Shown here in pieces: positions 59,838-64,000 of a stretch of 64,000 nucleotides of DNA (positions within the stretch are counted from its first letter, which is position 1; each line of letters starts with the position of its first letter). Location: assembly GCA_963842085.1 (NCBI GenBank), contig CAWJET010000002.1, forward strand, positions 1,120,001 to 1,184,000. Reading direction: 5' to 3'. The position numbers and the translations under genes were made by a program. The DNA is from an uncultured delta proteobacterium. GTDB taxonomy: Bacteria > Desulfobacterota > Binatia > Binatales > Binataceae. The notes beneath the pieces are model-generated. The model saw nothing but the letters and a program-made list of their open reading frames with translations, ran no database searches and was not told the DNA's origin.

Positions 59838-60199
59838 TGCATCTCCTCCGTAGAAAGATTAGATACAACCAAAAGCATCTGATTGTCAATTCAAAGAGAC
59901 TCAAATCAAATAAAGTCAAATTAAATAAACCATTCGTACGGTCATTCGTACGGTCCTCTACACCGTTCAACCCCAACGGCCCTAGGGGTTTCGTTGCGCA
60001 GGCCCCTGGCAAACCCAACAAATACTTGATTCGAACGGCTTAAGCCCTTGAAAATAAAGGGAAATATCGGGACCGTACAGGTGTCCAACTGTTTTTCGGG
60101 TGATAAAGGGTGCTTGGTACGAGACGGCGAAGCTACTCACAACAGGGGCCGAAAGCAATTTGCATGGAATTACGCCATATGGTACGGTCTACAGTTTAT

Positions 60200-60430
60200 A
60201 TGGCTGGAACACGATCAATAGATATACAAAAGGGCATCAAGGCCGCCGATAATAGCCGCCGATCCGCATGGGAGCAGTTTCGTAGCGACGAGAAGCTCCA
60301 GCATGCCTACAACGTCAAACCCGAAGAACTGGAATCTCTCTCAAGGCTGGCGATGCTAGGGAACGTCGCAAGCAAGCACGATTATCTTTTCATCCTTAAA
60401 ACGATGCGGGCCAGGCGTCACCGCTACTGA
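60200..60430 (+). CDS. Small hypothetical protein
   Basis: Helical ORF SAWEQF...HDYLFILKTMR; the start is uncertain. Confidence 0.5.
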   Translation: MAGTRSIDIQKGIKAADNSRRSAWEQFRSDEKLQHAYNVKPEELESLSRLAMLGNVASKHDYLFILKTMRARRHRY

Positions 60431-60504
60431 TCGGAGTGATGCCACTTGAGGCGCGTAGAGCGCCGGCGCCAGCATCGCGCTCGCCGCTTGTCCTTCCTGC
60501 TACT

Positions 60505-60590
60505 TCGAGGTCGCGCGTAATGCCGAGGTCGGATAACTTCATTGTCGTCGAGGTCGCGCGTAATGCCGAGGTCGGATAACTTCATTGTCG
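60505..60590. repeat. Perfect 43-bp tandem duplication
   Basis: TCGAGGTCGCGCGTAATGCCGAGGTCGGATAACTTCATTGTCG x2. Confidence 0.95.
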
Positions 60591-60622
60591 TCAGTGACGA
60601 CGATGATTTTCGATCCCGCCTT

Positions 60623-61174
60623 TTATTTCTGAGCTTTCGGTTTGCCGGATGTAATGTCGATGAAACCCGTTCGCCCTTCTTGGCCAACCTGGCGCTCTAT
60701 ATCATTCGCGGCTCTGCGCGAGATCTCGTCGAGCAGGTCCGGCCGCTTCTCAGCCAGCTCTTTAACGTGCTCGGCTGCCCATTTATTAAATTGGCCCTCG
60801 CGAGCTCCTGATCCGGCTTGCAGGATGTTCTGAACCTTTTGTTGCACCTGACGTTTGGCCGCCGTGTTTTCGGTCGTCGCTTCTCCCAGTACGGCAAAAG
60901 TAATCGACGCACGTACAGATTCATCGATCGGGATGGTTAAGTAGGCTTCCGGTTGCCTCACTGAACAGCGAGGATAGCGGACAAGGCTCGTCCCGTTCGA
61001 ACCAAATATCTCAATCTCGAACTCTTTGCCGTTTAGCACCGCACATAAGGTCTCTTGATTGCCGAGCAGTTCACGCCCACGATTCGTGAAAACTAAGGCA
61101 GTTACAGTCATCGTGTCCAGGCCCTCGCGCAGCGTTACTATCTCTCCGGCAGCTCTTCCGATTCCGGTCGCCAT
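60623..61174 (-). CDS. Hypothetical cargo protein
   Basis: Long, lower-GC ORF; the start is uncertain. Confidence 0.5.
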   Translation of the reverse strand: MATGIGRAAGEIVTLREGLDTMTVTALVFTNRGRELLGNQETLCAVLNGKEFEIEIFGSNGTSLVRYPRCSVRQPEAYLTIPIDESVRASITFAVLGEATTENTAAKRQVQQKVQNILQAGSGAREGQFNKWAAEHVKELAEKRPDLLDEISRRAANDIERQVGQEGRTGFIDITSGKPKAQK

Positions 61175-61314
61175 AGCTTGTTCGGTTTGGCCAGGAACCA
61201 AACTTGCCTGATCGGTTTCCCCGAAGGCCACAACATCACAATTCCACCAGAGTTTGACGCCTAGATTGCTCATACAGTGGATGATAGCAGGTGGAAGTCG
61301 GCGCACGAAACTTT

Positions 61315-61404
61315 TGGTGACTGTGGTGACTGTGGTGACTGTATTTTACCCCGTTAGAATTTCTATTGCCCCAGCTTTTCACCCAACCGCACAAAACCTG
61401 TACA
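61315..61404. repeat. Right-end arm-type repeats: TGGTGACTG x3 (61315-61341) and CCGCACA/CTGTACA (61387, 61398)
   Basis: Mirror the left-end repeats; the heptamer pair has the same 11-bp period. Confidence 0.8.
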
Positions 61405-61490
61405 ATCCGCCTTGATCTCCCGGCTTCCAAACACCGCGCTCTGTTCTCGATGGCCGCTATAACTATCTAATTTTATTGTCTAATTTCAAA

Positions 61491-61575
61491 TGCCGGGGGC
61501 GGGACTCGAACCCGCACGGAGCTTTCGCTCCAGAGGATTTTAAGTCCTCTGCGTATGCCATTTCGCCACCCCGGC
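61491..61575 (-). tRNA. tRNA-Leu(TAA)
   Basis: GCCGGGG acceptor stem, anticodon arm AGAGGA-CTTAAAA-TCCTCT, long variable arm GGAGC-GAAA-GCTCC and GGTTCGAGTCC T-loop; CCA not encoded. Confidence 0.97.
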
Positions 61576-61777
61576 CAGTAAGCAAACTAGATCGTTAAAT
61601 CATAAACACATCCGCGGGCGAAGACAGCGCGTTAGGCTGCCCGAGCACGCCTCTGACGCGATTCAGAGCGGCGTGCAATTGCTCATTCTGTCTGGCACGC
61701 GATGGATATATGCTCGGTGTCGCTGCGCGTCACGGATGATGACGGGTCGCCGATTGCGCCGGCGGAAGGGCGGACTG

Positions 61778-62305
61778 TTGCCAGGGAAACTGTTCATCGT
61801 CGCGGTCCTATTGGCGCTGATCATGCCGGGTTGCGCCGTATACCGTCGCTACGAAGCCTCAAAGCCTGAGACCGTTCGGAGAACCGAGGCGATGCTCTCC
61901 GACGCCGGTTTCACCACTATCAAGCTCGACACTTCCGATAAAGTCGGACTCGTGGAAGACCTCCCGCCGCACGAAATTCGCAGCTATGCGGTCCAATCCG
62001 GCAAGGTCTATTGGTATTACGACCCTGATATTTGCGCATGCGTGTATGAAGGACACCAGAGCGAATTCGACCGCTATCAGATGGCGCTTCAGCATCAAGA
62101 TGATCCCGAGCAATATGCCGCCGAATCCAACGACGAGCAGGTTTCCTCATTGAACGCCTTGAACGGTACTTTTTTCCCTCCACCGATTTTTTGGATTGGC
62201 GGATTCAACCCAGGGCCACGCGGATATTACGGCGGCCACGGCGGCTCTCACGGAGGGGGACACGGTTTCGGCGGCGGCCACGGTGGCGGAGGTCACGGAC
62301 GCTAG
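61778..62305 (+). CDS. Putative lipoprotein with Gly/His-rich tail
   Basis: IMPGC lipobox and YWYYDPDICACVYEG motif; the start is uncertain. Confidence 0.7.
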   Translation: MPGKLFIVAVLLALIMPGCAVYRRYEASKPETVRRTEAMLSDAGFTTIKLDTSDKVGLVEDLPPHEIRSYAVQSGKVYWYYDPDICACVYEGHQSEFDRYQMALQHQDDPEQYAAESNDEQVSSLNALNGTFFPPPIFWIGGFNPGPRGYYGGHGGSHGGGHGFGGGHGGGGHGR

Positions 62306-62385
62306 CTGGCCGCATCGATGTGCTGGTGTAGGGCGGGTCGGAGGTTTCAGCCCTAAAATTGATCGACCGAGACGCGGCTTGAATG

Positions 62386-63909
62386 TCAGGCCAGCGCGAG
62401 GCGCTTGAACTGTTCGGCCGGCGCTTCCATCTCGACCAGGGCGGCGCGGAGTTTTTCTGCCGCTCGTTTTTCTTCAGCGGTGCCCGCCAGGTTCGCTTCT
62501 TCCGCGGGATCGTCGCGCACGCGATATAGATGATTGCCACTGAACTTGCCCATCGCCCAGAACGGAAGCAAGTCGCCGGCCCGGAACGGTTGGCGGATGA
62601 CCGGAATCCTTGCACCCGGCATCCGGTCGAGCACCGCGCGTTCGTCCGGCGGCGGCATCAACAGCTGAGGCATCTGCGGTATCGGCATCGTGGTCCATCG
62701 ATTCGACCACAGGCTCAGCGGCGCGTTGCCGCCCGCCGGCGCGCGCGCGTACTTCGCTTGCGTGTCGATCAGATGAACCTCGCGTCCCCACACGCCCGCG
62801 AGCGCCCAGTCGCGAATCGAGCGCGCCTCTCCCGTCACGAGCGGAAGCATCGAGCGCCCGTGCGTACGATGCTTCATCTCGACGCCGAAAACTTCCGCCA
62901 ACGTCGCGCAGATATCAACGTTGGTCGTCAGCGCGTCCACCGCGCCGGCGCCCACTCCGGGCCACGCAACCAACAACGGCGTATGCCCGAGCGGTTCGTA
63001 GATGGGCACCGCGGGCTTGCCCCAGATGTCCTTTTCGCCGAGGTAATGCCCGTGATCGGTGCAAACGATCACTGCAGTATCGTGGTAGAATCCGCCGCGC
63101 TCGATAGCCGCCAGCAACTTGCCCAGCCAGGCGTCGATCATCGTCAGCTTCGCACCGTAAGATGCGCGAATCTGCCGCGCTTGTTCGGCGGTGAGCACGC
63201 CGCGGGCCAGAGCGCCGCGAATATATGGCGGCCAGATCATGTGCGGGCCCTGCCACGACGAATCGTACATCGACGCGTACGGTTCCGGCGTATCGAACGG
63301 CTCGTGCGGATCGAACTCGTCGACGAAGAGCATGAAGCGCTCGTGGCTGCGCGCCGAGCGCTCGAGCCAGTCAGTGGCCGCCGCCATCGTGCGCGGCCCG
63401 GGAAAATCCGCCTCGCCGCGAAAGTAGCCGCGCGAGTTGTCGTACGGAGTATGCCCGCGCGCAAACGATGGCGCGCCCATCCAGCTCGGGTCGGGGCGTG
63501 TCTGCCAAGGGTCGCTCTCATGCCCGCGCTGGTAGTCCCACGCGGTAAAGTCGGTGTGATAGTTTTCGCCACCGACCTCGAACAGGTGCGGATGGTCCGA
63601 CACCAGCTTGGTAACGACGCCGGCCGCGCGAAGATAGGCGGTTAGCGGCCGCTCCCAGATTTCGATCGAGCCCCATGGCTTCCACAAAAAATCGATCGCG
63701 CCGCACAAGATGTCGTGACGCGCCGGAATGCACGGCAGCGAGCCCGAGTAATGACGGTCGAAGCGAACCGCGCGCCGCGCGAAGCGGTCGAGATTGGGGG
63801 TGGCGAACTCGCGCCCGCCGTAGGCACCGAGCATGTGCCGATTGAGGCTGTCGAGCAGTATTACGATGGCGTTTTTCGCAGCCCGTGCCGTGGATTCGTC
63901 CGCGCTCAT
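62386..63909 (-). CDS. Sulfatase family protein
   Basis: LLDSL, TPNLD, CIPAR (CxPxR formylglycine motif), DPHEP and TDHG. Confidence 0.92.
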   Translation of the reverse strand: MSADESTARAAKNAIVILLDSLNRHMLGAYGGREFATPNLDRFARRAVRFDRHYSGSLPCIPARHDILCGAIDFLWKPWGSIEIWERPLTAYLRAAGVVTKLVSDHPHLFEVGGENYHTDFTAWDYQRGHESDPWQTRPDPSWMGAPSFARGHTPYDNSRGYFRGEADFPGPRTMAAATDWLERSARSHERFMLFVDEFDPHEPFDTPEPYASMYDSSWQGPHMIWPPYIRGALARGVLTAEQARQIRASYGAKLTMIDAWLGKLLAAIERGGFYHDTAVIVCTDHGHYLGEKDIWGKPAVPIYEPLGHTPLLVAWPGVGAGAVDALTTNVDICATLAEVFGVEMKHRTHGRSMLPLVTGEARSIRDWALAGVWGREVHLIDTQAKYARAPAGGNAPLSLWSNRWTTMPIPQMPQLLMPPPDERAVLDRMPGARIPVIRQPFRAGDLLPFWAMGKFSGNHLYRVRDDPAEEANLAGTAEEKRAAEKLRAALVEMEAPAEQFKRLALA

Positions 63910-64000
63910 CAATTTAATCCTAGCAGAGCCGAAAGGCGGCCGGCTAAGCATCGAAATACTGCGGTTCAATTGTCTTGGTCTGGTGAAACCACCGCCGCTA

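Larger units (their letters stand above)
47466..61544. mobile_element. Integrated phage-satellite-like element (~14 kb) at tRNA-Leu(TAA)
   Basis: Tyrosine integrase, AlpA, Xis-like HTHs, helicase and terminase genes. Core-like sites AGGA-N7-TCCTCTGCGT at 47462-47482 and 61534-61554; matching repeats near both ends. Confidence 0.85.

Noticed and set aside
60505-60590. Possible CRISPR array
   Set aside because: Two abutting copies with no spacer, and no cas genes in the window.

Overview
High-GC bacterial chromosomal window. The gene content and style suggest an uncultured soil lineage such as Candidatus Binatia; this is inference only. 1-11 kb: a partial DUF1329-like gene, a Tat-exported PaoABC/xanthine-dehydrogenase-type molybdoenzyme operon with an extra Cys-rich mini-protein, and a DUF692 (MNIO)/DUF2063 pair without a visible precursor, divergent from an ECF sigma/zinc anti-sigma pair. 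11-31 kb: core genes purF-L-Q-S-C-B, dut, an M16 peptidase, pnp, rpsO, truB, rbfA, DUF503, infB, ylxR, nusA and rimP, with ndh inserted in the opposite orientation and a parS site. 31.4-31.9 kb: an AhpD/CMD gene split by an in-frame TGA in a CxxU motif and followed by a SECIS-like hairpin, a probable selenoprotein. 32-47 kb: an RND efflux pair and assorted enzymes and regulators. 47.5-61.5 kb: a ~14 kb tyrosine-integrase element next to tRNA-Leu(TAA). It resembles a phage satellite (AlpA, two HTH/Xis proteins, SF3-like helicase, TerS and a frameshifted TerL) but has no recognisable portal, capsid or tail genes. Its ends carry repeats, and its left core site sits at the broken 5' end of a cNMP-binding-domain gene instead of on a tRNA fragment. 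Two dispersed palindromic repeat families occur; one copy lies in-frame inside purL. All assignments come from reading motifs by eye; no searches were run.
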